Sequence record: PP456878.1
Reading direction: 5' to 3' (one strand)
Source of the DNA: Pseudomonas phage vB_PaePAO1-KEN19
DNA: 64,000 nucleotides
The position numbers were made by a program, and so were the translations under genes. Position 1 is the first letter of the stretch; every line of letters starts with the position of its first letter. This document shows positions 53,401 through 63,973 of the stretch, one piece after another. The notes beneath the pieces are model-generated. The model worked only from the letters and a program-made list of their open reading frames with translations. It was not told the origin of the DNA and made no database searches.

Positions 53401-54830
53401 ACCCCATTGCAAATATCCGTGAACAAGAAGCGATGACTTATCGTGGAGATGGTGGACGCGGTCCAACTTCAATGGTTGCACGTACACGTATTTACGGTGA
53501 AGCGGATGTTGGTGTGGTTAGTGAATCAACTGTGGACTCAGGTGACGTTGGTGTTATTGCTTACTTAGTACCTGATGCTAACTTTGTAAACATGCGTGGT
53601 GTTACGCGTATGTTTGATCCAAAGACAGATGGGCCAGCTAGACTACTCTCAACTAGTGCACTGCTTGGTGTTGCAACCGAACATGATGACCCTAAGCGAA
53701 TTAACTTTATATCAATTCAGCAGCAGCAAGGTATTTATGCTGATGGGTATACAGTTACACCAGTTCGTACAGGCTATGAACAAATCATAGCCCAAAGGAC
53801 TAGTTCTATCTTTGCTGTAGCAGCAGAACAAGATGGTGAAGTTGTAGCTATTGATGAATATGGTATCCAAGTTAAATATGCTGATGGTAATGTATTTGGA
53901 TATCAATTAGGTACAGTTCATGGCACAGCAGCTGGTGTTAACTACCCACACATTCTTGTTACCTCATTAAAGAAAGGTGATAAGTTTAAACGTGGAGATA
54001 CTATCACATATAACAAACGTTATTTCTCTGAAGATAGGTATACGCCTGGGCAAGTATTATGGAAAGCCGGTTGTATGGCTGTTGTAGCATTTGATGATAA
54101 CCTTGACACTTTAGAAGACGGTTCAGTTATTTCTGAAGACCTAGCTAAAAGGTTAAATACTCAAACAACTGCAATCAAGAATATCGATGTTAGGTTTGAT
54201 CAGACTATTCGAGATATGGTGAAAGTTGGGGATCATGTCGACTTAAATTCAATTCTATGTATAATTGAAGATCCTGAAACAGCTGCTCACTCACTATATG
54301 ACGAGGCATCTATTGAGACATTACGCAAACTATCAGCATATTCGCCACGTGCTAAGCTCGTAGGTACAGTATCAAAGATTGAATGCTTCTATCATGGTGA
54401 AATAGACGATATGACACCAAGTTTACAAGCATTAGCTAATACGTCAGATAAACAACGCGCTGAACGAGCTAAATCATTGAAAGAACCTACTTTCACTGGA
54501 CAAGTAGATGCTAACTATCGAGTGAAAGGACGAGCCTTAGAATATGACCACATGATTATTCGAGTGTATATCGATCATGATATCCCATGTGGTGTTGGAG
54601 ATAAAGGCGTAGTAGCTAACCAGATGAAAACGGTATTCTCCCGTGTAATGACTGGACGTAATGAAACTGAAGATGGCCGTAATATTGATCTACTATTCGG
54701 TAATACATCGGTAGAAGAACGAATGGTTCTATCTCCTAAAATCATTGCTACAACAACTGGTATCTTGTGGGCAGCTGGAAAACATCTTGTAGCTGTATAT
54801 AGAGGAAACACTAATGCAAAAGCTAAGTAA
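50475..54830 (+). CDS. multisubunit RNA polymerase beta subunit, large N-terminal/major fragment (1451 aa)
   Basis: [45 protein letters not shown] aligns with beta [80 protein letters not shown] aligns with [34 protein letters not shown]. The ORF ends before the GEMEVWALEAYGA region. Confidence 0.7.
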   Translation: [1451 protein letters not shown]

Positions 54831-55011
54831 TAATGTAGCACATGGTCAGAACATTGCTGTTCTTCATGCTGCTGTTAAACTAGGTACTCAAGCAATTCTA
54901 CAATCGCTTGGTGGCACCACCAGCTCCCCATCTCTGAATGGGGAGTTTTTAACTGAGGCTGATATTGCAGCAGCTTTAAACGCTCGCTTAATGAAGAACC
55001 TCAATATCTAA
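54814..55011 (+). CDS. small hypothetical protein overlapping the last codons of the beta gene (65 aa)
   Basis: A GAGGAAA RBS lies 8 nt upstream of the ATG at 54814. Confidence 0.35.
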   Translation: MQKLSNNVAHGQNIAVLHAAVKLGTQAILQSLGGTTSSPSLNGEFLTEADIAAALNARLMKNLNI

Positions 55012-55022
55012 GGAGTGTTAAA

Positions 55023-56582
55023 ATGTTCTGTAAAGAAACCCAAGCTGCGATTGTTGGCTCAGCACGTAGTCTAACTGAGGATAACCTTGTTCTAGTTATC
55101 CCTAATGAAACATATCCCCTTGCGGTCTTTGCAGATGGTTTCAGTGTAGATGGCAACTCTAATAAAGTTGCCCTCTCTGAAGAGCTGGAAGCATCTGTAG
55201 AAGAGTTCTTCGAGGAAGCTAACCAAGAGCAACCTGTTAGTGTAGAAGAAGAGCAAGAAGCTCTGATTGCACATGTCTGCTCATCATTACAAAAGATCCA
55301 ATTCAATACGCAGAATGTTATTTGCCCTGCAATTGAATATATGGTACGTGTTTTTAATGAGCGTCAAAGCATTAGTTGTCAACCAGATGTAAGCGCTACA
55401 TTCTACCACTATAATGCAGTTCATAGTGATCCACGCTTAACTGCACACGTTAGTACACGATACAATAATTTACAGCCGCTACCTGAGTATCGTACCTTTA
55501 TTCTAGAATCAATTGATGCTAATGAAATTATTCGGTTAGTGTCAATGGGTAATCCGCATCTAGATCAAACTGAAGTTGAAGAATGGCTACTATCTATTCC
55601 TAATAGTGCCGCTGTTATTGAAGGTGTGTGGAATTCTATCTTCAATGATGGTCGTCTTCTCATTCCAGGTGAACTTGAATATGTTGTGGGTAGGTCCTTC
55701 CCATTCACTGTTGATTCACTAGCTCTGGCTTACATGATTTGCGGTCACTACATCGATAACCCGGTTGAAGTTATTGGCGAGAGTGATGTTGACCTAGAAA
55801 CATGGTCACTAACTATTCGTAAACTACATGAGATGTTTGGATTCTATCTCAAGCGTGCTTATGAACGTCGTCAAGCTGATCGTGATGCAGGTCTACTCAT
55901 CCTAGCCTCAGAAGCTAATAATGTAGTTGCTAATTCTCGTTGCAAAGTAATCATTAATGGTGATGTTGCACCTCAATTTGAATTAGCCGGTGGTGACATC
56001 CAAGCTATCCTTGGTGCAGCTGTAGCAGGTAGTAATAACATTTACCTAGAACAGATTCTTAATAACTCAGAACAGTTTATTCAACGTTGGCTATCAGTAT
56101 ATCCGCTGATTAAACAATCGGCTATGGATAAAGGTTTACGTAAACTACGCAATGACATTCATGAATCATTTATGGATGGTGTCATTAATACTGAACTTAA
56201 AGATCGCCATGTTAATGAACTCGAATATCGTATTAAAGAAGCAATGAGTACGATGACGACTGAAGATCTTAAGAATCCTTATATCACCTTTGGTAAACTT
56301 ATCTGTAAAACATTCTTTACAGAAAATGTTTACTGGCAATATCTGCTAGCAGTTGATGAATTTAGTCAAATGTATCCTGAGGCCACTCTACGTGAACTCA
56401 ATACACAATCACTAATTTCACTAATGGCAGCATGGCTGTCTCAACAGATTAAAGTTGAGCGGTTCACTGGTGTTGTTGATCCTTATGCAAAACTACCAGT
56501 AAAAGAAGTTATTGAAACTGTAGAAGATGATAGCACTGAAACTTTAGATGATGTTGAAATCGAAGAAGAAGTTTCTAATTAA
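55023..56582 (+). CDS. hypothetical protein (519 aa), acidic C-terminus
   Basis: ORF with an AAGGAG RBS. Confidence 0.6.
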   Translation: MFCKETQAAIVGSARSLTEDNLVLVIPNETYPLAVFADGFSVDGNSNKVALSEELEASVEEFFEEANQEQPVSVEEEQEALIAHVCSSLQKIQFNTQNVICPAIEYMVRVFNERQSISCQPDVSATFYHYNAVHSDPRLTAHVSTRYNNLQPLPEYRTFILESIDANEIIRLVSMGNPHLDQTEVEEWLLSIPNSAAVIEGVWNSIFNDGRLLIPGELEYVVGRSFPFTVDSLALAYMICGHYIDNPVEVIGESDVDLETWSLTIRKLHEMFGFYLKRAYERRQADRDAGLLILASEANNVVANSRCKVIINGDVAPQFELAGGDIQAILGAAVAGSNNIYLEQILNNSEQFIQRWLSVYPLIKQSAMDKGLRKLRNDIHESFMDGVINTELKDRHVNELEYRIKEAMSTMTTEDLKNPYITFGKLICKTFFTENVYWQYLLAVDEFSQMYPEATLRELNTQSLISLMAAWLSQQIKVERFTGVVDPYAKLPVKEVIETVEDDSTETLDDVEIEEEVSN

Positions 56583-56629
56583 ATTATCTTAATGGTTAAT
56601 AATCATTAAAACATGCAATCGATGATAAA

Positions 56630-56655
56630 CTCCGGTATTTGGAAGGATACCGGAG
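56630..56655 (+). terminator. plus-strand hairpin ctccggtat-ttggaagg-ataccggag
   Basis: A 9-bp stem 48 nt after the stop of gene 55023-56582, with only a weak T-tract. Confidence 0.35.
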
Positions 56656-56729
56656 TAATACAGCGAATATTTAAAGGTGCATGATTTTGATTAAGTATTT
56701 TAATCTTTACATAAATGAACAATTAGGAC

Positions 56730-57458
56730 ATGATAATGGACGTACGTTCTCTTCGACGGGATCCAGAACGGGTCCACAGTCATCTAACTGATTTAGAAGA
56801 TAATTCAGTAGTAACTAATGCCCCATGTAAAATACAGATTCCAGAAAGATTTACAGGAAGACATCTAGCTGTTATTGGTAGTGAAGTATTCACTATTGGT
56901 ATATTTCCTATTATTTTTAATGATGAATATTACGCAGTAAATAATACTATTGCAATGATGCGGATAAATCCAATCTCTACTGAACGCGTCCACATCAATG
57001 GTGAAGTTTATCTAGAATTTCATTTTGATAAAGGTAGTAAGATTTTCCAGAATACTTACTTAGTTGTTAATGATACATTAACTTACTATGTCTATGATGA
57101 GTTAATTAACAAAGGAAACTTCCCTTGGTATATTAACTATTATGACAAAGCCAAATTATTTGAGACAGCTAATTTACACGCTGGTGTTAACCTTGGTGGA
57201 TGGCCTACATTACAACTTATTATTTCAACCACTCAGCGTGCCTCGGATGATATATCACAACTATATCGACATGTGTTAACTAGACACAGTGATATCGTGG
57301 ATAATCCACCAGTCGACGTACCATTCCGTTCAGTTATCTGGAATACTTCAGACACAACATCAAAACTCAATGGGGCTTATTTTGATCAAGGTATCACATC
57401 AGCACTTGTTAACCCATCTGAGTCAGTAGAGCTTATTGAAGAACTCCTCAGGACCTAA
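56730..57458 (+). CDS. hypothetical protein (242 aa)
   Basis: ORF in the plus block. Confidence 0.5.
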   Translation: MIMDVRSLRRDPERVHSHLTDLEDNSVVTNAPCKIQIPERFTGRHLAVIGSEVFTIGIFPIIFNDEYYAVNNTIAMMRINPISTERVHINGEVYLEFHFDKGSKIFQNTYLVVNDTLTYYVYDELINKGNFPWYINYYDKAKLFETANLHAGVNLGGWPTLQLIISTTQRASDDISQLYRHVLTRHSDIVDNPPVDVPFRSVIWNTSDTTSKLNGAYFDQGITSALVNPSESVELIEELLRT

Positions 57459-57469
57459 GGAGTTGCGTT

Positions 57470-58282
57470 ATGCAACCATATTCTAATTTTTCTGGTTTGC
57501 AACAGCGTACTAATAACCAAGTAGTTATCGGCAGTGATATGTTAGCCGGTACTAATAAAAAAGGTGTATTAGTACCTGATGCGGATGGTTACTATCTAAC
57601 TCCACTAGGAGCTTATGGTACCCGAAATTCAGCTGGTATGTTCTATGAAATGGCATCCGGCGTATCTATGTTTAATCCAGACTCACCTTTAATGCGCCGT
57701 GTTAAAAAGGGTGTTCTATTCATGGAATACAAACACCCTGAACCCTATCGTAAAGATGGCACACGGATGAATGAACATGAGTACCTAATGCGAATTCGTC
57801 AAATCGATGATGATCGTGTGTGTGCGCATATTAAGGAACTTATTCTGGTTGATTCTACAGATGAGAAAGGTCTTCCTATTAAACTAGTACTTGGCAAATG
57901 CAAACCATACGGTCCTTTTGGTAAGTACTTCGAAGCATCTATTACCAATCCTTCTCAGAATACTTATTGCTCGGTAAGGTCAATAACTCAAGATGATCCT
58001 ATGCGCGGTATCAAATATACCCGTGAGATTTCAACTTGGGATATGGTCGGGGAAGGTGGTATTTATGGTGCTAATAAATGGAATTCTCCTGCATTAGAGA
58101 ACTATGAAGATCAATTAATGGTTATCACGCCTGATACTCTATATCAGGTACAGCGTGAACGTGAACGTCAAATTAACATGGGTTTTGAATGTTCTGATAT
58201 CACCAATGTGACAGATCTAGCGAAAAGTCTTGGCTGGGATATTTCACCAGTTAAACATAGGCGCCCTGGCTTCATGCGTTAA
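57470..58282 (+). CDS. hypothetical protein (270 aa)
   Basis: ORF with an AAGGAG RBS. Confidence 0.55.
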   Translation: MQPYSNFSGLQQRTNNQVVIGSDMLAGTNKKGVLVPDADGYYLTPLGAYGTRNSAGMFYEMASGVSMFNPDSPLMRRVKKGVLFMEYKHPEPYRKDGTRMNEHEYLMRIRQIDDDRVCAHIKELILVDSTDEKGLPIKLVLGKCKPYGPFGKYFEASITNPSQNTYCSVRSITQDDPMRGIKYTREISTWDMVGEGGIYGANKWNSPALENYEDQLMVITPDTLYQVQRERERQINMGFECSDITNVTDLAKSLGWDISPVKHRRPGFMR

Positions 58283-58301
58283 AAATAAAAAAAGACATAA
58301 T

Positions 58302-58322
58302 GCCCTCCCGTAATGGGAGGGC
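58302..58322. terminator. bidirectional terminator gccctccc-gtaat-gggagggc with A-run upstream and T-run on the minus side
   Basis: Sits between convergent genes. Minus-sense it is followed by ATTATGTCTTTTTTTATTTTT. Confidence 0.65.
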
Positions 58323-58330
58323 TTATGCTG

Positions 58331-59467
<1,137 letters not shown>

Positions 59468-59477
59468 TTAAAAACTA

Positions 59478-60452
59478 CTATTTTTTATAAGCAATAAATT
59501 TTCCAATATGCTTGAATCCCTTACAACTAATAGTAACTTTAATCGGATATTTAGCCTTCATTACATAAATTAACCTGGACATATTAAACGGCGCATAAAG
59601 TATAAAATCATTATCTACCATTTCTTTATGGAATGCATTAATCTTATCTTGGACTAGTTTAATATAATCCTCATCATTAATAATACTTTGTTTATCTGAA
59701 ATAACAATCTTATCTACAGTATCGCCTTCAGCACATAGTCTTTCATATACCTCAGTACGGATAAATGTATTAACTGCGATATATGTATTTTCTGTTACTT
59801 GTGTAGCTTGTGCACTATAAATATCACTAATACAGTAATTAGGTTTATATGGACCAAATGGATCAATAATATCTTTAATAGATACACTCTTTTTTGGTAG
59901 AACATGGGGTGTTTCTAAAAATGAAACACTGTCATGTGCATCAATATCTAAATACTTATTGACTAGTGGGGCAACGCGGTTGAATGCCTCTTCATAGATA
60001 GCATACATGTAGCCACGGTAATCTGGTAAAGACGCATAATAATTACGCTGAACAACAGTCTCGCAACTACTAACATAATTATAAAAAATATCTGCGTGCC
60101 TTAAAACATTATTAAATTCATCTACGCCTAGAATTGAACTAATCCAACTAACATCATTATCGTGGATAAATATAGCTAAACGAAGGTTTTGCCGTTTTGG
60201 ATTAGTTTCATCTTGGAATGGATATGTTGTATATAGCTCAGTGATAGCTTGTTTAACTACATCAGGTGATTCATTGAAAAATTCTTTTGAGAATTGATCA
60301 ATTGACATATTTTGTCTTTGCTGATATAGTTCATTAATACGTGCTTCTACTTGCACAAGGAAGTTAATCTTTTTACTGATTTTAAGGCTATGTTCAGTAT
60401 GCATTAAGTTATCTCTGTTTGATTGATTTAATAACATCACAAACAATTTCAA
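59478..60452 (-). CDS. hypothetical protein (324 aa; start may be an internal Met)
   Basis: ORF with a 44-nt overlap to the upstream ORF. Confidence 0.5.
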   Translation of the reverse strand: MKLFVMLLNQSNRDNLMHTEHSLKISKKINFLVQVEARINELYQQRQNMSIDQFSKEFFNESPDVVKQAITELYTTYPFQDETNPKRQNLRLAIFIHDNDVSWISSILGVDEFNNVLRHADIFYNYVSSCETVVQRNYYASLPDYRGYMYAIYEEAFNRVAPLVNKYLDIDAHDSVSFLETPHVLPKKSVSIKDIIDPFGPYKPNYCISDIYSAQATQVTENTYIAVNTFIRTEVYERLCAEGDTVDKIVISDKQSIINDEDYIKLVQDKINAFHKEMVDNDFILYAPFNMSRLIYVMKAKYPIKVTISCKGFKHIGKFIAYKK

Positions 60453-60900
60453 ACCATTCTTTTTCTTGAATGGTTAGGTTTGCTCCTGATAAAACTAATG
60501 GACCAAAACTTTTTGCTTTAAATAAAACGAATGGTCGACTATTAAGATTTAATAATAGGGTATCACGAAGGATATTGGTAAGTCCATCTACGTATTGATA
60601 CTTTAAACCATAGTCTAATTTATAATGGGAATTAACCTCTGGTTGAAGAAAAGCCTTTTCTTTTTTACCAGTGATGAGATACATCCGAAGACCTTTGAAT
60701 GAAAAGAAATTCTCATTATCAAGTGTGGTCTTCTTCTCTTTTCCATTAAACTGAAATAGATCAGGAAGCGGTGTATTACCGCTCTGATCTACAATGATGC
60801 TATCTACAGGATAATTATTTTGTACCCATGGGGTTTCTGGATTATTCATTTGAATTAGGCTCCACCCAATGAGGATCAGGTACAGGAACAATATGCACAC
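60409..60900 (-). CDS. hypothetical protein (163 aa; probable start at internal MNNPETPW)
   Basis: ORF with a hydrophobic track-derived N-terminus that is probably not translated. Confidence 0.45.
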   Translation of the reverse strand: MCILFLYLILIGWSLIQMNNPETPWVQNNYPVDSIIVDQSGNTPLPDLFQFNGKEKKTTLDNENFFSFKGLRMYLITGKKEKAFLQPEVNSHYKLDYGLKYQYVDGLTNILRDTLLLNLNSRPFVLFKAKSFGPLVLSGANLTIQEKEWFEIVCDVIKSIKQR

Positions 60901-61603
60901 TGTCCTCTAGTTTATCTCGAAGATTAGGATCATCAGTCCATTGTAGAGAAAGAGTGTATCTCTCCTCTTTAGGCCGTAGTAGTAGGAATCCACGTCTTAA
61001 TGTATTCCAAGACATATTGGGCGATAGTAAACCACGCCTTTGTGTATTAGCCAATGAGGTAAGTTTCTTTTTATCCAATCCTACAAGGTTGACTGGATTA
61101 TTTAAAAACTCTTCCCATAGCTTATCCCACTTCTCCTGGTTAATTCCTTCTTTCCAGAGAATATGCCTATACAGATGGGCCATTGTAGTTGTAGCTGGTT
61201 TTTGATTCTTAAAAATTTCACATTCTTCATAGGGGAAATCATTTGCAGAGCAAGTTACCTCATCTTCAGTTGGATCGATATTGATCGTATAAACTGAATC
61301 AGGTTTTGATGTACCCCAAATCAGACGTACCTCTAATGTTGCTTTAACAGGTGATAAGAAATCAATAGCTTTCTTAAAGCCATCCCAACTCATTGTATCA
61401 GCTTTAAGTGCTTTATTAAGATTACCTTTATCTGGGTTATTCTTGTTATGTGGTTTTTGAAAGTATGCATTCAAACGTTTATCCCAAGCAAACTGTGTCA
61501 TATTACGCCACAGTAGTACTTCCCGGAAAACATAACACAAAACCCCTTCTGCCTGCCTTAATCCTTTTTGAGGATCGCTTAATAAGTCTTTTACAGATTC
61601 CAT
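60842..61603 (-). CDS. hypothetical protein (253 aa)
   Basis: ORF in the minus block. Confidence 0.55.
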   Translation of the reverse strand: MESVKDLLSDPQKGLRQAEGVLCYVFREVLLWRNMTQFAWDKRLNAYFQKPHNKNNPDKGNLNKALKADTMSWDGFKKAIDFLSPVKATLEVRLIWGTSKPDSVYTINIDPTEDEVTCSANDFPYEECEIFKNQKPATTTMAHLYRHILWKEGINQEKWDKLWEEFLNNPVNLVGLDKKKLTSLANTQRRGLLSPNMSWNTLRRGFLLLRPKEERYTLSLQWTDDPNLRDKLEDSVHIVPVPDPHWVEPNSNE

Positions 61604-61673
61604 CTTTTTTACACCTACGGTGAATTGATAATAAACACACTTTATATTAATTTATACTTGTATAGTCTGCACC

Positions 61674-62198
61674 TCATAGTAACTTAATAATTGCTCTTGA
61701 TAGTTCAATAATATCATAGTACATTCTATCCATCTGGCGCTGATATGCTTGATGGTTAATCTGTTCAAGATATTCAGTTTGTTGCCAAATTAAGTCACGC
61801 ATAGTTTCAATAGATTTACATACATCAATAAAACTATCATTACTGTTTATAAAATATTCATCAAGGTCAATTGATTTCCTGTCGATAAACTCAGTACGAC
61901 ACATTTCACTAATCTTTAGATCATCTTCATTTGCAATATGATCATTTAACCTAGTTAGAGCATCTAATAAATAACCAATACTGTAATGTCTTAGATAGAC
62001 AGGAACACCTATCATCTTCCTGATGGTCAGAGTTTTTAATTCATCCAGATTAATTAATTGCCAGAAATTATTAATAGCTTTTAATCGTTCTTCACCTGAA
62101 ATAATATCTTTATCTATCCGTTCTAATTCAGTTAGAAGTTGTTCTTTACCAACTTCCTTTTGGAAGCCCCGGAAATATTGAATAAGTTTCTTAAACAT
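61674..62198 (-). CDS. hypothetical protein (174 aa)
   Basis: ORF in the minus block. Confidence 0.55.
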   Translation of the reverse strand: MFKKLIQYFRGFQKEVGKEQLLTELERIDKDIISGEERLKAINNFWQLINLDELKTLTIRKMIGVPVYLRHYSIGYLLDALTRLNDHIANEDDLKISEMCRTEFIDRKSIDLDEYFINSNDSFIDVCKSIETMRDLIWQQTEYLEQINHQAYQRQMDRMYYDIIELSRAIIKLL

Positions 62199-62277
62199 GA
62201 TATAGGACCTATTTTTCAGATACTTAGCATATGGTAAGTATGTTAGGTATTACTATTACTAATTAGAGGATAATAAA

Positions 62278-62793
62278 ATGTTCCATGGTGCAGATTTATC
62301 TGATGAGCCTTTAGAAAAGAAATCATCAACTACAGAAGAAAAGGTATATGCTGATCTAGAATATGAGCAGCAGATACGGTATACACAATCAGTTAAAGAG
62401 AAAGTACTAAAAGCTGTATTAGAAAATACAACTGGTAAAGTACCTACTGATAAAGAATCAGTTGATATGATTCTTAAATTAACAGATTCAATGGATAAGA
62501 CAACAATTGCTAACCGTCGTATTCAAGTTGATTCTGAGGGTGCACGCTCTAACCGTGAACTTGCTGAAGGCTTTGCTGAATTCGTTAAGATGCAAATGAA
62601 CCGTAATCCATTAATACGTGATCCGAATGATGTCCCTGTAACACCACGTGAGATTCCAGATATTCCTGATGAGGAATTTGAGAATTACACTATTGAAGAA
62701 GGTGAAACTGAAATCGGTATCATCATGGAGGAATCCAATGCATTTATGGAGCGGATGGATGCTGCACGAGAAAAAGAATTAGAAAACGATTGA
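62278..62793 (+). CDS. acidic hypothetical protein (171 aa)
   Basis: ORF followed by terminator 62809-62829. Confidence 0.5.
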   Translation: MFHGADLSDEPLEKKSSTTEEKVYADLEYEQQIRYTQSVKEKVLKAVLENTTGKVPTDKESVDMILKLTDSMDKTTIANRRIQVDSEGARSNRELAEGFAEFVKMQMNRNPLIRDPNDVPVTPREIPDIPDEEFENYTIEEGETEIGIIMEESNAFMERMDAAREKELEND

Positions 62794-62808
62794 TATTAAC
62801 GACATATA

Positions 62809-62829
62809 GCCCTCCCGTAATGGGAGGGC
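62809..62829. terminator. bidirectional terminator gccctccc-gtaat-gggagggc (same sequence as 58302-58322)
   Basis: Sits between convergent genes 62793 and 62839. Confidence 0.55.
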
Positions 62830-62838
62830 GTTATGCAC

Positions 62839-63537
62839 TTAATACAAATCGATATCTAATACATCACCAACTGTATTTACGATTACTTCAACAGGTGGTA
62901 GCTCAATATTACCAATTGATTTCTTAATAACATTCATTTGGTTAATAACTTGATTATGATCAGATGTTACTTTAAGAGCTAATAGTCCAATAGCAGTTAA
63001 ACTTACGATTGCAGTTGAGTTATCTGAAATAGTTTCATATGCAGCTTTACCTACTTTCTTAATAGTTTTAAATAGAGTAGGTTTATTTTGACGAATTAGT
63101 TTTCGTTCTTTTGCTTTAGCTAGCTCATCATCAAATTCTTTATTAAAGCTACGGCGTTTACTCCAATCATAAACACCTGGTGAAACTTCTTCAAAATTGG
63201 AAGAGATTGCACCAAAATCACTAGCATGGCTAAACATCCATTTAAAGATAAAGCGATTAGAAAGAACCCACGCCTGTAGATTAGTTTCTGCATCGTTGAT
63301 TAGTTTAATAGCATCGCTTCCAGTAGCCACTTGGCCATTAGCTTTAACAAATAAAATCAGTCTTACAGTAGTACCATTGATTACTGTGTTATTCACATTT
63401 GCAATCCTGGTATAAATTTCTTTAATAATTCGCTTTTGTTTATCTAAATCAGCACCATTTAAACGAATATTAAATTGACGGTCTAATACGGCCATTGCAG
63501 TTTCCTCTAGGGTTATTGTACCTAAAGTATACTGCAT
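62839..63537 (-). CDS. hypothetical protein (232 aa)
   Basis: ORF in the minus block. Confidence 0.55.
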   Translation of the reverse strand: MQYTLGTITLEETAMAVLDRQFNIRLNGADLDKQKRIIKEIYTRIANVNNTVINGTTVRLILFVKANGQVATGSDAIKLINDAETNLQAWVLSNRFIFKWMFSHASDFGAISSNFEEVSPGVYDWSKRRSFNKEFDDELAKAKERKLIRQNKPTLFKTIKKVGKAAYETISDNSTAIVSLTAIGLLALKVTSDHNQVINQMNVIKKSIGNIELPPVEVIVNTVGDVLDIDLY

Positions 63538-63544
63538 GACCGTA

Positions 63545-63973
63545 TTATTTTAATTTTTTACATGCTTTATAAAACCGTGTACCAACGTACAAAATAAACC
63601 CGCCAATAACAGCAACTGATGTGATTGTTTCCAGCGGCATGCGCTTAGCGGGTTCTTCAATTGGTACTGTAACAGCTGGTAATTCAATTCTTTTCTCAAT
63701 AACTTTTTTACCAGTTAACTTATAATAAACATCTGGTTCTAATGTTATCGATTCAAGAATCTGATTACTACATGGATAGCGTGTGACGCCTCCATGTCCA
63801 TCTGCAACATAGAAGCTGAATGTATCGCCTACACGATGTAAGTCAACCACACTACCCATATATGTCATATGAGCTGGATAGAGTTCTGCCTTGACCTTTC
63901 CATCGTTGAATAAGTCAATGACGGAACTCTTCTTTAGCTCACCCATTAAGTTTGCTAAAGTGAATGCCGCCAT
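63545..63973 (-). CDS. hypothetical protein with C-terminal transmembrane anchor (142 aa)
   Basis: C-terminal TM segment VAVIGGFILYVGTRFY. Confidence 0.5.
   Translation of the reverse strand: MAAFTLANLMGELKKSSVIDLFNDGKVKAELYPAHMTYMGSVVDLHRVGDTFSFYVADGHGGVTRYPCSNQILESITLEPDVYYKLTGKKVIEKRIELPAVTVPIEEPAKRMPLETITSVAVIGGFILYVGTRFYKACKKLK

Noticed and set aside
49656-53906. Short ORFs inside the RNAP subunit genes (49656 -, 50237 +, 51497 -, 53596 +, 53712 -)
   Set aside because: They are nested within long frames that show clear RNAP homology, and there is no independent support.
57470-58282. Idea that the 270-aa protein is the prohead protease
   Set aside because: This was only a vague positional analogy to phiKZ. 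No catalytic Ser/His/Asp or herpesvirus-protease-like motifs could be identified by eye, so it is left as hypothetical.
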